Made by a program: the position numbers and the translations under genes. This document shows, in pieces, positions 12,401 through 23,412 of a DNA stretch of 64,000 nt. The DNA lies in the NCBI GenBank assembly GCA_038203035.1, contig JBBREI010000001.1, forward strand, positions 11,385 through 75,384. Reading direction: 5' to 3'. The notes beneath the pieces are model-generated. The model had not been told where the DNA came from, searched no databases, and worked only from the letters and a program-made list of their open reading frames with translations. Position 1 is the stretch's first letter, and each line of letters starts with the position of its first letter. This DNA comes from Burkholderiales bacterium. GTDB lineage: Bacteria > Pseudomonadota > Gammaproteobacteria > Burkholderiales > Usitatibacteraceae.

Positions 12401-13044
12401 GCCTGATCGAAGATCTCAAGACGCTCGACCCCAAGCAGCCCGGCAACTGGCCCTGGCTCATCAAGGTGGGCGCTTTCCTGCTCATCTTCATCGTGATCCA
12501 GGTCGGGGCATACCTGCTGCTGTGGCAGGCCCAGGCCGAAGACATCGAGAAGGGCCGCGGCGACGTGGCCAAGCAGAAGGAAACGTTCCTCGAGAAGAAG
12601 CGCCTGGCGGTGAACCTCGAAGCCTACAAGCAGCAACGCGCCGAGATCGAGCAGTCGTTCGGGGCGCTGCTCAAGCAGCTGCCCAACAAGAGCGAGATGG
12701 ACGCGCTGCTGATCGACATCAACCAGGCCGGCCTGGGCCGCGGCCTGGCGTTCGACCTGTTCAAGCCCTCGGAGAAGGAGAACTTCACCGAGTTCTACGC
12801 CGAGCTTCCGGTCAACATCAAGGTCACCGGCAACTACCACGACCTCGGAGCCTTCGCAAGCGACGTGGCGAAGATGCCGCGCATCGTGCTGCTCACCGAC
12901 CTCAAGCTCGATCCACCCAAGGATGGCGTGCTGTCCATGGAAGCCGTGGCGAAGACCTACCGCTACCTGGATGAAGAAGAGGTCAACAAGCAGCGCAAGA
13001 CCGCCAAGGACAAGGCCACCAAGGGCAAGGCCGGAGGCAAGTGA
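12397..13044 (+). CDS. pilO: Type IV pilus assembly protein PilO
   Basis: WPWLIK, TM, LLKQLPNKSEMDALL, FYAELPVNIKVTGNYHDLGAF. Confidence 0.95.
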   Translation: MSLIEDLKTLDPKQPGNWPWLIKVGAFLLIFIVIQVGAYLLLWQAQAEDIEKGRGDVAKQKETFLEKKRLAVNLEAYKQQRAEIEQSFGALLKQLPNKSEMDALLIDINQAGLGRGLAFDLFKPSEKENFTEFYAELPVNIKVTGNYHDLGAFASDVAKMPRIVLLTDLKLDPPKDGVLSMEAVAKTYRYLDEEEVNKQRKTAKDKATKGKAGGK

Positions 13045-13568
13045 TGAAGCGTCTTCTACTTCCCCTCGCGGTCGCTGCGGTGCTGGCGGGCTGCAGCTCC
13101 GAAATCGACGATCTCAAGTCCTTCGTGCGTGATTCCGAGAAGGGCCTGCCGCGACGCATCGATCCGCTGCCCGCGGTCAAGCCGTTCGAGCCGTTCGCCT
13201 ACGAAGGCTTCGACCTTCCGGATCCGTTCAAGCCGCGCAAGCTCTCCGCGCCCAAGGAAGGAGCCGGCGGCCTCGCCCCGGACCTGAACCGGCGCAAGGA
13301 GCCGCTGGAAGCCTTCCCGCTCGAGCAGCTGAAGATGGTGGGCACGCTTTCGCAGGGCAAGGACACGTTCGCCATCGTGCGTGCCGACAAGACGCTCTAT
13401 CGCGTCAAGAAGGGCAACTACATGGGCCAGAACTTCGGCCTCATCACGGATGTGACCGAGGGCGACATCAAGCTCAAGGAAATCGTTCAAGACAGCGCCG
13501 GCGATTGGGCCGAGCGGCAGAGTGTTCTGCCGCTTCTGGAGGAAGCCGGCAAAGGGGACAAAAAGTGA
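13044..13568 (+). CDS. pilP: Type IV pilus lipoprotein PilP
   Basis: Lipobox VLAGC, RRKEPLEAFPLEQLKMVGTL, GNYMGQNFG. Confidence 0.95.
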   Translation: MKRLLLPLAVAAVLAGCSSEIDDLKSFVRDSEKGLPRRIDPLPAVKPFEPFAYEGFDLPDPFKPRKLSAPKEGAGGLAPDLNRRKEPLEAFPLEQLKMVGTLSQGKDTFAIVRADKTLYRVKKGNYMGQNFGLITDVTEGDIKLKEIVQDSAGDWAERQSVLPLLEEAGKGDKK

Positions 13569-15772
13569 CAACGACGCTCCGCATCCCAACCCCCAAGTTC
13601 GGGGCCGCACTCGCCGCGTTCGTGCTCGCGCTCGCCGCGCCGCTCGCATGGGCGCAGGGCGCCGCGAAGAACGCCGTAGAGTCGGTGAACTTCTCCTCGG
13701 TCCAGGGCGGCAAGATCCTGGTCAAGATCGGGTTGAAGGAGCCTCTGACGGTCGCCCCCCAGGGGTTCGCCGTCACCAATCCCCCGCGGATCGCCATCGA
13801 CCTGCCCGATACCGTCAACGCCACCGGCCGCACCCAGATCGAGGCCGGCGAAGGCGACCTGCGCAGCGTCTCCATCGTCCAGACCGCCAATCGCACGCGC
13901 CTGGTGATGAACCTCACGCGCAACCTGACCTACACGCAGTCCACCGACGGCACGCAACTCATCGTTTCCATCGATGCTTCCCAGGCCGCCACCACCACGG
14001 CCGCCGTCTCCACGTCGCCCAGCGCCGCGCCCACCGTGTTCGCCGAAGCCGGCGCGCCCAGCACCGTCCGCTACAACCTGCGCGACGTCGACTTCCGCCG
14101 CGGCAACACGGCCGAAGGCCGCATCGTGGTCGACCTCTCGTCGGCGAACATCGGCATCGACATCCGCCAGCAGGGCCGCCAACTGGTCGTGGACTTCATC
14201 AACACCAACGTGCCTCGCAACCTGGTGCGCCGCCTCGATGTGGGCGACTTCGGCACCCCGGTCCGGTTCGTCGACACCTTCGAGCAGAGCGGCAACGCCC
14301 GCATCGTGGTCGAGCCGCGCGGCCTCTGGGAATATTCGGCCTACCAGACCGACACCCAGTTCATCGTCGAGGTCAAGCCGGTCAAGGAAGACCCGAACCG
14401 CCTGCTGCAGAGCTCGACCCCGGGCTACGCCGGCGAGAAGCTCTCGCTCAATTTCCAGAACGTCGAAGTGCGCGCGGTGCTGCAGGTGATCGCCGACTTC
14501 ACCGGCCTGAACATCATCACCAGCGACACGGTGGGCGGCAACCTCACGCTGCGCCTGAAGGACGTGCCCTGGGACCAGGCGCTCGACATCATCCTGCAGG
14601 CCAAGGGCCTGTCGAAGCGCAAGAACGGCAACGTGGTGCTGATCGCCCCGACCGACGAGCTCGCCGCCAAGGAAAAACTCGCGCTCGAAGCACAAGCCGC
14701 CGTCACCGACCTGGAGCCGGTGCGCACGGAATCGTTCGCGCTTTCCTACGCCAAGGCCGAGGACCTGCAGAAGCTGCTCTCCAACAAGGACCAGCGCATC
14801 CTCTCCAAGCGAGGAGCCGCCAGCATCGACGAGCGCACCAACACGCTGTTTGTGCAGGACTCGGGAGGGCGCCTTGAAGAAGCCCGCCGCCTGATCCAGC
14901 AGCTCGACGTGCCGGTGCGCCAGGTGCTGATCGAGGCACGCATCGTGATCGCCGACGACAAGTGGGGCCGCCAGCTGGGCGCCCGCTTCGGCACGCAGTC
15001 GGCCTTCAACTCGCGCAATTACAACTTCGGCGTGTCCGGGACGCAGTTCGACACCTCGCAGCCCCTGGGCAACAACCCGGTGTCGCGCGGTTCGGCTTCG
15101 CTGGTCTACCCGGGCGGCAACTCGCAGGACCTCTTCGCGGTCTCAACCGGCGTCGGCACGATCCCGCTCGGCGCCCAGCCGGAGCAGCTGAACGTGAACC
15201 TGCCGGTGGTTGGCGCGGCCGGCTCCCTGGCGCTGTCGATCCTCAACCTCGGCAGCGGCAACCTGGTCAACGTCGAGCTCTCGGCCCTCGAAGCGGACAA
15301 CCGCGGCAAGGTGGTTTCCAGCCCGCGCGTGATCACCGCCGACAAGAAAAAGGCCGTGATCTCGCAGGGTACGGAAATTCCCTACCTCACGGCCTCGGCG
15401 TCGGGCGCCACCACGGTGTCATTCAAGCCCGCGGTGCTCGAACTTGCGGTGACCCCGCGGATCACCCCGGACGATCGCATCATCATGGACCTTGAGGTGA
15501 AGAAAGACTCCGTGGGCGTGATCTTCGCCAACATCCCGTCGATCGACACCAAGAAAGTGTCCACCCAGGTGCTGGTTGACAACGGCGACACGATCGTCCT
15601 CGGCGGCATCTTCGAGCAGACCACGCGCACCACGGTGGACAAGGTCCCGTTCCTCGGCGACCTGCCGTTCGTGGGCAACCTCTTCAAGCGCACCGTGAAG
15701 CAGGACGACAAGACCGAGCTGCTGATCTTCGTGACCCCGAAGATCGTCAAGGACACTCTCACCATCCGGTGA
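13565..15772 (+). CDS. pilQ: Type IV pilus secretin PilQ
   Basis: GTG start overlapping the pilP stop; AMIN-like N-terminus, SLNFQNVEVRAVLQVIADF, DVPWDQAL, QVLIEARIV, VPFLGDLPFVGNLFK. Confidence 0.95.
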   Translation: MTTTLRIPTPKFGAALAAFVLALAAPLAWAQGAAKNAVESVNFSSVQGGKILVKIGLKEPLTVAPQGFAVTNPPRIAIDLPDTVNATGRTQIEAGEGDLRSVSIVQTANRTRLVMNLTRNLTYTQSTDGTQLIVSIDASQAATTTAAVSTSPSAAPTVFAEAGAPSTVRYNLRDVDFRRGNTAEGRIVVDLSSANIGIDIRQQGRQLVVDFINTNVPRNLVRRLDVGDFGTPVRFVDTFEQSGNARIVVEPRGLWEYSAYQTDTQFIVEVKPVKEDPNRLLQSSTPGYAGEKLSLNFQNVEVRAVLQVIADFTGLNIITSDTVGGNLTLRLKDVPWDQALDIILQAKGLSKRKNGNVVLIAPTDELAAKEKLALEAQAAVTDLEPVRTESFALSYAKAEDLQKLLSNKDQRILSKRGAASIDERTNTLFVQDSGGRLEEARRLIQQLDVPVRQVLIEARIVIADDKWGRQLGARFGTQSAFNSRNYNFGVSGTQFDTSQPLGNNPVSRGSASLVYPGGNSQDLFAVSTGVGTIPLGAQPEQLNVNLPVVGAAGSLALSILNLGSGNLVNVELSALEADNRGKVVSSPRVITADKKKAVISQGTEIPYLTASASGATTVSFKPAVLELAVTPRITPDDRIIMDLEVKKDSVGVIFANIPSIDTKKVSTQVLVDNGDTIVLGGIFEQTTRTTVDKVPFLGDLPFVGNLFKRTVKQDDKTELLIFVTPKIVKDTLTIR

Positions 15773-15787
15773 GCGCAACGCGCCCCG

Positions 15788-15816
15788 AAAAGCCCCGGTC
15801 CGCCGGGGCTTTTTTT
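15788..15816 (+). terminator. Intrinsic terminator after pilQ
   Basis: AAAAGCCCCGG-TCCG-CCGGGGC followed by a T run. Confidence 0.85.
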
Positions 15817-15853
15817 CGTCCACGCTCGCGAGGCGTAGTAATCTGGACCGGAC

Positions 15854-16387
15854 ATGGACGCTGGCAACATTTTCCTGGTGGGCATGATGGGAGCGGGCAA
15901 GACGACGCTGGGCAAGGTGCTTGCCCAGCGATTGGGCATGGAGTTCATCGACACCGATCGCATCCTGGTGGAGCGCACGGGGGTTCCGGTCGCGACGATA
16001 TTCGAGATCGAGGGAGAAGCGGGTTTCCGCAAGCGCGAGGCGGGCGCGATCGCCGAGTTGTGCCAGCGCGAAGGCTGCGTGGTCGCAACCGGAGGCGGGG
16101 CCATTCTCGCCGAGGACAATCGCATCGCGATGCGCGCCCATGGAACCGTTATCTACCTGCGGGCGCGGCTGGAAAACCTCTGGGAACGGACACGCCACGA
16201 TACCAGCCGTCCGCTGCTGGCCACTCCCGATCCCCGCGCCACCCTCGCCGAGCTGCTGGAAAAACGCGACCCCCTTTACCGCGAGGCCGCGCACCTGGTC
16301 GTGGACACCGGGACCCAAAGCGCCTCGACCCTCGTCACGCGCGTCGTGGCGGCGCTGCGTGAGCAAAGCCCCGGAGCGCGAGCATGA
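15854..16387 (+). CDS. aroK: Shikimate kinase
   Basis: [10 protein letters not shown]-loop, [22 protein letters not shown]. Confidence 0.96.
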   Translation: MDAGNIFLVGMMGAGKTTLGKVLAQRLGMEFIDTDRILVERTGVPVATIFEIEGEAGFRKREAGAIAELCQREGCVVATGGGAILAEDNRIAMRAHGTVIYLRARLENLWERTRHDTSRPLLATPDPRATLAELLEKRDPLYREAAHLVVDTGTQSASTLVTRVVAALREQSPGARA

Positions 16388-17469
16388 GCCGGGCCATCCT
16401 CAGGGTGGAGCTGGGCGAGCGCAGCTACCCGATCCATATCGGCGCCGGCCTGATCGACGAGGCAGCCATCTACGCGCCGCACGTGAAAGGCAGGACCGTC
16501 GCCATCGTCAGCAACGACGTCGTGGCGCCGCTTTATGCCGGGCGCGTCGAGGCTGCCCTGGCCAGGTCGGGCGCGTCCCGGACGCTGCGCATCGTCCTGC
16601 CCGATGGCGAGGCGCACAAGGATTGGCAGACCCTCGACCGGATATTCGCCGCGCTGCTGGAAGCGCAGGCGGACCGGGCCACGGTCATCGTTGCGCTTGG
16701 TGGTGGCGTCGTGGGGGACATGTCGGGTTTCGCCGCATCCGCCTACCAGCGCGGGATCGCGCACATCCAGGTGCCGACGACTTTGCTGTCCCAGGTGGAT
16801 TCGTCGGTCGGCGGCAAGACCGCCATCAACCATCCGCTGGGCAAGAACATGATCGGTGCGTTCCACCAGCCGGCGGTCGTGATCGCCGACACCTCCACGC
16901 TGGGCAGCCTGCCGACGCGCGAATACGCCTCGGGCCTGGCCGAGATCGTGAAATACGGCGCGATCCGCGACCTCGAATTCCTGGCCTGGCTCGAAAGCCA
17001 GGCCAATGCGCTGTTGCGCCGTGATCCGGTGGCGCTCGCACGCGCCATCCACCGATCCTGCGAACTCAAGGCCGAGATCGTGGCCGCCGACGAGCGCGAA
17101 GGTGGCGTGCGCGCGCTGCTCAACTTCGGCCACACCTTCGGCCACGCCATCGAATCGGCAGCGGGATACGGCAACTGGCTGCACGGCGAGGCCGTGGCGG
17201 CGGGGATGGCGCTGGCCGCGCGATTTTCCGCGAAGCATGGGCGCATCCCGATCGAGCAGGTGCACCGCCTCGAGGCGCTGCTGAAACGCTTCGGGCTGCC
17301 CGTGAAGGCGCCCGACTATCCGTCCGATACCTGGCTCGAATACATGGGCCGCGACAAGAAAAACGAAGGCGGGCGGGTCACCCTGATCCTGCTCGAGCGC
17401 CTGGGCAGCGCCGTGGTGGTAAAGGACACGCCCGATTGCGCCCTGCGCGAGTTTCTCGCCGCCGCCTAG
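16384..17469 (+). CDS. aroB: 3-dehydroquinate synthase
   Basis: [47 protein letters not shown]. Confidence 0.97.
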   Translation: MSRAILRVELGERSYPIHIGAGLIDEAAIYAPHVKGRTVAIVSNDVVAPLYAGRVEAALARSGASRTLRIVLPDGEAHKDWQTLDRIFAALLEAQADRATVIVALGGGVVGDMSGFAASAYQRGIAHIQVPTTLLSQVDSSVGGKTAINHPLGKNMIGAFHQPAVVIADTSTLGSLPTREYASGLAEIVKYGAIRDLEFLAWLESQANALLRRDPVALARAIHRSCELKAEIVAADEREGGVRALLNFGHTFGHAIESAAGYGNWLHGEAVAAGMALAARFSAKHGRIPIEQVHRLEALLKRFGLPVKAPDYPSDTWLEYMGRDKKNEGGRVTLILLERLGSAVVVKDTPDCALREFLAAA

Positions 17470-17798
17470 GTGTCCGGCGTTTCCGCCGGCTTGTCCAGCC
17501 GCCGCAGGAACACCGTCATTTCCTTCGCCGCCTGCTTGTCGCCCTTGCGTCCGGCCGCCTCGATGCCATTGCGATATGCATTGCGCGCATCGTCGACGGC
17601 GCCGGTCTCGGCGAGTGCACGCCCCAGGAGCTTCCAGGCGGCGGAGTAGTCCGGGTCCTGCACCACGGCGGCGCGCAGGTGCGTCGCGGCCCGGGCGGCT
17701 TCCCCCCCATTGAGGTAACTCAGGCCCAGGCTGAAGCGCAGCAACGCCGTGTCCTTGCCCGCTGCCAGCAGGGCCTCGAATCGTTCGGCGGGATTCAT
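17466..17798 (-). CDS. Small tetratricopeptide-repeat protein (110 aa)
   Basis: ATG 17798; LRFSLG..YL, A...[15 protein letters not shown]...[12 protein letters not shown], a TPR pattern. Confidence 0.8.
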   Translation of the reverse strand: MNPAERFEALLAAGKDTALLRFSLGLSYLNGGEAARAATHLRAAVVQDPDYSAAWKLLGRALAETGAVDDARNAYRNGIEAAGRKGDKQAAKEMTVFLRRLDKPAETPDT

Positions 17799-17850
17799 CG
17801 TCGCAGGTCCTTCACGGTATGATCGTCGCACAACACTGGGAGAGACAACC

Positions 17851-19437
17851 ATGATGCTGCGCATGTTCAAGCTTGCCGCGGCCGCCGCCGCAATCGCCGC
17901 CGCCCCGATGACCGCCCACGCCCAGAAGGAACGCGAGGTCAACATCGGCCTGCAGGCGGCGCTCACCTCGATCGACCCGCACTATCACAACCTTTCGCCC
18001 AACAACGGCATGCTGCAGCACATCTTCGAGCCGTTGATCAGGCGCGACGCGAACATGAAATTCGTGCCGGCGCTGGCGGTTTCGTGGAAAGCGATCGACG
18101 ACCTCACGTGGGAGTTCAAGCTGCGCAAGGGCGTCAGGTTCCACGACGGCACGCCCTTCAGCGCAGAGGACGTGGTGGCAACATACAAGCGCGTGCCCAA
18201 CGTGCCCAACAGCCCCTCGTCGTTCGCGACTTTCACCAAGCCGATCGTCGACGTGAAGGTGGTGGACCCGTTGACCATCATCTTCAAGACCGCCTCGCCG
18301 CACGTGCTGCTGCCGAGCGACCTCGCCGCAGTCTACATCCTTCCCAAGCCGGTGGCGGAGAAGGCGACGACGGATGATTTCAACTCCGGCAAGGCCGCCA
18401 TCGGCACTGGCCCCTACAAGTTCGCCGAATACATTCCCAACCAGCGGGTCGTGCTCAAGGCCAACTACGGCTACTGGGGCGGCGAGGAGCCCTGGGACAA
18501 GGTCGTCTTCAAAATCCTGTCGAACCCGGCCGCGCGGGTGGCGGCGCTGCTCTCGGGCGACGTCCAGATGATCGAGACGGTGCCCACCTCGGACATCGCC
18601 AGGCTCGCCTCGGACAAGAGATACGCGCTCTCCGACAAGGTCTCCAACCGCGTGATCTACGTCCACCTGAACCAGCGCAACGACAAGACCGTTCCCTTCG
18701 TCACCGCCAGGGACGGCAAGCCGCTCGACAAGAACCCGTTCAAGGACGCGCGCGTGCGCAAGGCGCTCTCCATGGCCATCAACCGCGATGCCATCGCCGA
18801 CCGCGTCATGGAGAAGAAGGCGGTCCCGGCGGCGCAGCTGCTGGCGGATTCCTTCTACGGCACCAGCAAGAAGCTCAAGCCGGTGAAGTATGACCCGGAA
18901 GGCGCGAAGAAGCTGCTGGCCGAGGCCGGTTATCCGAACGGCTTCACGCTGACCATTCATGGCCCCAACAACCGCTACATCAACGACGACAAGGTGGCGC
19001 AGGCGATCGCTCAGTTCTATTCGCGCGCCGGCATCGAGGCGAAGGTGGAGACGATGCCCTCGAGCGTGTATTTCACCCGCGCCACCAAGGGCGAATTCGG
19101 CTACATGCTGCTGGGCTGGGGGACGGAATCGGGCGAGCAGGGCTCAAGCCTGCGCTCGCTGCTGGCCACGCACGATCCGGCCAAGGGCATGGGCGTCAAC
19201 AATCGCGGGCGCTATTCCAATGCCGTGTTCGACAAGCAGGTCTCGGACGCGCTCGTGGTCGTCGACGACAGGAAGCGCGAGCCCCTGATCCAGCTGGCCG
19301 CCGAGACCGCGATGAACGACACCGCGCTCATTCCCGTGCATTTCGAGGTCAGCACCTGGGCCACGCTCAAGGGATTCAAATACAACGCGAGGGTCGACCA
19401 ATACACGCTGGCGATGGAGCTGAAGCCCGCGAAATGA
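17851..19437 (+). CDS. Peptide/nickel-type ABC transporter substrate-binding protein (family 5)
   Basis: Signal peptide ending AHA; SIDPHY, WEFKLRKGVRFHDG, IGTGPYKF; SD-like GGAGAG upstream. Confidence 0.93.
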   Translation: MMLRMFKLAAAAAAIAAAPMTAHAQKEREVNIGLQAALTSIDPHYHNLSPNNGMLQHIFEPLIRRDANMKFVPALAVSWKAIDDLTWEFKLRKGVRFHDGTPFSAEDVVATYKRVPNVPNSPSSFATFTKPIVDVKVVDPLTIIFKTASPHVLLPSDLAAVYILPKPVAEKATTDDFNSGKAAIGTGPYKFAEYIPNQRVVLKANYGYWGGEEPWDKVVFKILSNPAARVAALLSGDVQMIETVPTSDIARLASDKRYALSDKVSNRVIYVHLNQRNDKTVPFVTARDGKPLDKNPFKDARVRKALSMAINRDAIADRVMEKKAVPAAQLLADSFYGTSKKLKPVKYDPEGAKKLLAEAGYPNGFTLTIHGPNNRYINDDKVAQAIAQFYSRAGIEAKVETMPSSVYFTRATKGEFGYMLLGWGTESGEQGSSLRSLLATHDPAKGMGVNNRGRYSNAVFDKQVSDALVVVDDRKREPLIQLAAETAMNDTALIPVHFEVSTWATLKGFKYNARVDQYTLAMELKPAK

Positions 19438-19455
19438 CGCGGTAGGCACCGCCCG

Positions 19456-19480
19456 AAAGCCCCGCTGCGGCGGGGTTTTT
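19456..19480 (+). terminator. Intercistronic stem-loop/terminator after the SBP gene
   Basis: AAAGCCCCGC-TGCG-GCGGGG followed by TTTTT. Confidence 0.75.
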
Positions 19481-19519
19481 CGCTCTCGGGAGGCCGCTCA
19501 CCCTGTGCGACAATCCACC

Positions 19520-20503
19520 ATGCTCGCCTTCGCCATCCGCCGGTTCGGACAGAGCCTTTTCGTGCTCGTGGTGATGTCGTTCCTGGTGTTCCTCGGCGTT
19601 TATGCAATCGGCAACCCGATCGAGCTGCTGGTCAATCCGCAGGCCGATGAGGCGGAGCGGGTCCGCGCCACGGCGGCGTTGGGCCTCGACAAGCCGATGC
19701 TGGAGCAATACGCCACCTTCCTGGTGCGCGGCGTCCAGGGAGACCTTGGTCGCTCGTTCGTTTTCAACGTGCCGGCGATCCAGCTGATCCTCGCGAAGCT
19801 GCCCGCCACGCTCGAGCTCGCCCTGGCGGCCATGGTCATCGCGATCGCGCTCGGTATCCCCCTGGGGCTCATCGCCGGGCTGCGCCCGGATTCCTTCGTC
19901 GGCCGCACCATCATGGCCGGCTCCATCCTCGGCTTCAGCCTGCCGACCTTCTGGGTGGGCCTGGTGCTCATCATGCTGTTCTCCGTTCACCTCGGCTGGT
20001 TGCCGCCGAACGGCCGCGGGCAGACCGTGATGCTGCTGGGCATTCCGGTGAGCTTCCTCACCTGGGACGGCCTGCAGCACCTGGCGATGCCCGCGCTCAA
20101 CCTCGCGCTCTTCAAACTCTCGTTGCTGATCCGCCTCACGCGCGCGAGCACGCGCGAGGCCGTGCTCCAGGACTACGTGAAGTTCGCACGCGCCAAGGGG
20201 CTGGGCCCGGGCCGCGTGATCGGCGTGCACGTGCTGAAGAACATCCTGATCCCGATCGTCACCGTGATTGGCCTTGAGCTCGGCTCCGTCATCGCGTTCG
20301 CGATCATCACGGAATCGATCTTCGCCTGGCCCGGCACCGGCAAGCTGCTGATCGATTCGATCAACCAGCTCGACCGGCCGGTGATCGTGGCCTACCTGCT
20401 GGTGATTGTCGCCATCTTCATCACCATCAACTTCGTGGTCGACGTGCTCTATTCGGTGCTCGATCCGCGCGTGCGCCTCGGCGCGACGGCCGGGGCCCAC
20501 TGA
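19520..20503 (+). CDS. ABC transporter permease (DppB/OppB family)
   Basis: LGRSF, LPATLEL, SLPTFW, QDYVKFARAKGL (EAA-like loop), ITESIFAWPGTG. Confidence 0.93.
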   Translation: MLAFAIRRFGQSLFVLVVMSFLVFLGVYAIGNPIELLVNPQADEAERVRATAALGLDKPMLEQYATFLVRGVQGDLGRSFVFNVPAIQLILAKLPATLELALAAMVIAIALGIPLGLIAGLRPDSFVGRTIMAGSILGFSLPTFWVGLVLIMLFSVHLGWLPPNGRGQTVMLLGIPVSFLTWDGLQHLAMPALNLALFKLSLLIRLTRASTREAVLQDYVKFARAKGLGPGRVIGVHVLKNILIPIVTVIGLELGSVIAFAIITESIFAWPGTGKLLIDSINQLDRPVIVAYLLVIVAIFITINFVVDVLYSVLDPRVRLGATAGAH

Positions 20504-20504
20504 A

Positions 20505-21431
20505 GTGGGCATCATCACCGGCGACGCGCCCACGCGACCGCAGCCCGCGCCGGCCGCCGAGTCGCCTTGGCGGCGGTTCGCCTCCGAATTCGCCGAAAGC
20601 CGGCTCGCGCTGCTCGGGCTCGCGATGCTGGTGGTGATTGTCGGGCTGGCCCTCGCCGCGCCGCTGGTTTCGCCTCAGAATCCGTACGACCTGGCGCAGC
20701 TCGACATCATGGACTCGAAGTTGCCCCCCGGCGAACATTCGGCGGCCACCGGCAAGTCCTACCTGCTGGGCACCGACGACCAGGGCCGCGACATGTTGTC
20801 GGGGATCTTCTACGGCATTCGCATCTCGCTTTTCGTGGGCGTGACCAGCACCGTCATCGCGCTGAGCCTGGGCCTCGCGCTCGGACTGGCCGCGGCCTAC
20901 TTCGGCGGGCGGATCGACGCCCTCATCATGCGCATCGCCGACATCCAGCTTTCGTTCCCGGCGATCCTGATCGCGCTGGTGCTGCTCGCGGTGCTGGGCC
21001 AGGGGGTCGACAAGATCATCGTGGCCCTTGTCACCGTGCAGTGGGCGTATTACGCGCGCACCGTACGATCCTCGGCGCTGGTCGAGCGGCAGAAGGAATA
21101 CATGGAAGCGGCCCAGGTGCTGGCGCTGTCGCGCCCGCGCATCGTGTTTCGCCACCTCCTTCCCAATTGCCTGCCGCCACTCATTGTTGTCGCAACCGTG
21201 CAGGTCGCGCACGCGATCCAGCTCGAAGCCGCGCTTTCCTTCCTGGGCCTCGGCCTGCCCATCACCGAGCCCTCGATCGGGCTGCTGATCTCCAACGGCT
21301 TCCAGTACCTGCTGTCCGGCAAGTACTGGATCAGCTTCTACCCCGGGCTCGCGCTGTTGCTCACCATCGTTGCGATCAACCTCGTCGCCGACCAGTTGCG
21401 CGACGTGCTCAACCCGAGGCTGAAGAAGTGA
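20505..21431 (+). CDS. ABC transporter permease (DppC/OppC family)
   Basis: GTG start; LLGTDDQGRD, RISLFVG, EYMEAAQVLA, RHLLPN, LSFLGLG. Confidence 0.93.
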   Translation: MGIITGDAPTRPQPAPAAESPWRRFASEFAESRLALLGLAMLVVIVGLALAAPLVSPQNPYDLAQLDIMDSKLPPGEHSAATGKSYLLGTDDQGRDMLSGIFYGIRISLFVGVTSTVIALSLGLALGLAAAYFGGRIDALIMRIADIQLSFPAILIALVLLAVLGQGVDKIIVALVTVQWAYYARTVRSSALVERQKEYMEAAQVLALSRPRIVFRHLLPNCLPPLIVVATVQVAHAIQLEAALSFLGLGLPITEPSIGLLISNGFQYLLSGKYWISFYPGLALLLTIVAINLVADQLRDVLNPRLKK

Positions 21432-22402
21432 CCGATGCCGGCGCCCCCCTGCTCGAAGTCGAGGGGCTGCGCATGCATTTTTTCACCAAGGCGGGGGTCG
21501 TCAAGGCGGTCGACGAGGTGAGCTTGCGCCTGGAGCGCGGAAGGATACTCGGCATCGTGGGCGAATCGGGATCGGGCAAGTCGATGACCGGCTACTCGAT
21601 CCTGGGGCTGGTGGACGCGCCGGGGCGAATCGTCGCCGGGCGAATCGCGCTCAACGGCCAGGACCTCACCCGCCTGGACGAGGCGGCCTGGCGCAAGTTG
21701 CGCGGCAACCGCATCGCAATGATTTTCCAGGACCCGATGATGACGCTCAACCCGGTCCTGAGAATCGATACCCAGATGGTCGAGGCGGTGCTCGCCCACC
21801 ACGCCATGTCGAAGGAGAGCGCGCTTGCGCGATGCCGCGAGGCCCTCACGCAAGTCGGCATCGCCTCTCCCGACGAACGCCTGCGCGCCTATCCGCACCA
21901 GTTCTCCGGCGGGATGCGCCAGCGTGTCGCGATAGCAATCGCCCTGCTCAACAAGCCGGACCTCATCATCGCCGACGAGCCCACGACGGCGCTCGACGTG
22001 ACCATCCAGGGGCAGATCCTGTTCGAGATGCAGAAGCTCTGCCGCGAAAGCGGCACGGGCCTGATCTGGATCACACATGACCTGTCGGTCATCTCCGGCC
22101 TGGCCGACGACGTGTGCGTGATGTACGCGGGGCGCATCGTCGAATCCGGCACCGTGGACGATGTGCTGGAACATCCCATGCATCCGTACACGCGTGGCCT
22201 GCTCGATTCGGTGCCGAGCCGCAATGTGCCCGGGCGCCCGCTGGCACAGATCCCGGGCATGACGCCTTCCCTGCTGCACCTGGGTGCCGCTTGTGCGTTT
22301 CGCGAACGGTGCCCGCGCGCGGTGGAGCCCTGCTCGGTCGCCCCTGCCCTGCGAGCGATCGGCGCCGCGCGCAGCCTGCGATGTGTCAACCCGATCACAT
22401 GA
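21428..22402 (+). CDS. ABC transporter ATP-binding protein (DppD family)
   Basis: [41 protein letters not shown]-terminal Cys cluster. Confidence 0.94.
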   Translation: MTDAGAPLLEVEGLRMHFFTKAGVVKAVDEVSLRLERGRILGIVGESGSGKSMTGYSILGLVDAPGRIVAGRIALNGQDLTRLDEAAWRKLRGNRIAMIFQDPMMTLNPVLRIDTQMVEAVLAHHAMSKESALARCREALTQVGIASPDERLRAYPHQFSGGMRQRVAIAIALLNKPDLIIADEPTTALDVTIQGQILFEMQKLCRESGTGLIWITHDLSVISGLADDVCVMYAGRIVESGTVDDVLEHPMHPYTRGLLDSVPSRNVPGRPLAQIPGMTPSLLHLGAACAFRERCPRAVEPCSVAPALRAIGAARSLRCVNPIT

Positions 22403-23412
22403 CGACCGCCGCCACCCCGTTGCTCGAGATCCGCGGCGTCTCCAAACGCTTCGTGAAGGGGATAGACCTGGCCGGGCGGATCGCGCGCCGGCTTGGCGCG
22501 CGCGTTTCCGAAACGTCGGTTCATGCGCTCGACCGGGTGGACCTCGCGATCCGCGAGGGAGAGGTGGTTGGCCTGGTCGGCGAATCGGGATGCGGGAAGT
22601 CGACGCTGGGAAGGATCGTGTCGCGCATCCTCGCGCCCACCGAGGGCGAGCGCTTCTGGAAGGGACGCCCGTACGCGCAGTACGAGGCACCCGGCGATCG
22701 CGCGGAGCGGCTTGCGGTGCAGATGATCTTCCAGGACCCGTATGCGTCTCTCAACCCGCGCATGCGCATCCTCGACATCATCGGTGAAGCGCCGGTCGTG
22801 CACGGGCTCGTGAATGCGGCTCAGCGCCGGGACTACGTCGCGGACATGTTGCAGCGTGTCGGCATGGATGCGAGCCTGATGCGCCGCTTCCCCCACCAGT
22901 TTTCGGGAGGACAGCGCAGCCGCATCGGCATCGCGCGCGCGTTGGCGGTCAAGCCGCGCTTCCTGGTTTGCGACGAGGCGGTTGCGGCCCTGGACGTGTC
23001 GATCCAGGCGCAGGTCCTGAACCTGTTCGTGCGCCTGCGCGAAGAGTTCGCGCTCACCTACCTCTTCATCAGCCACGACCTGGGGGTGATCCGCCACGTG
23101 TCCGATCGCGTGGTGGTGATGTACCTTGGGCGCGTGGTCGAGTCCGCACCAACCAGCGAGATCTACGCGCAGCCGAACCACCCCTACACCCAGGCGCTTG
23201 TGGCCGAGGTGCCGCGAGTTGATGCCAAGCGCCGCCAATACATCCCGGTGAAGGGGGAAATCCCGTCGCCGCTCGCCCCGCCACCGGGCTGCCATTTCCA
23301 TCCGCGTTGCCCGAGGGCCTTTGCGCGCTGCCGCGAGGACGCTCCCGCGCTGCGCGAGATCGGGCCCGGGCACCTCTCCGCCTGCCACCTCAACGACATT
23401 GGAAGCCGATGA
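22399..23412 (+). CDS. ABC transporter ATP-binding protein (DppF family)
   Basis: [47 protein letters not shown]. Confidence 0.94.
   Translation: MTTAATPLLEIRGVSKRFVKGIDLAGRIARRLGARVSETSVHALDRVDLAIREGEVVGLVGESGCGKSTLGRIVSRILAPTEGERFWKGRPYAQYEAPGDRAERLAVQMIFQDPYASLNPRMRILDIIGEAPVVHGLVNAAQRRDYVADMLQRVGMDASLMRRFPHQFSGGQRSRIGIARALAVKPRFLVCDEAVAALDVSIQAQVLNLFVRLREEFALTYLFISHDLGVIRHVSDRVVVMYLGRVVESAPTSEIYAQPNHPYTQALVAEVPRVDAKRRQYIPVKGEIPSPLAPPPGCHFHPRCPRAFARCREDAPALREIGPGHLSACHLNDIGSR

Noticed and set aside
15781-19480. Similar CGCCC(C)GAAA(A)GCCCCG starts of the hairpins after pilQ and after the SBP gene, as a possible REP or DNA-uptake sequence family
   Set aside because: Two copies only, both explained as ordinary terminator stems; no over-represented uptake motif seen elsewhere
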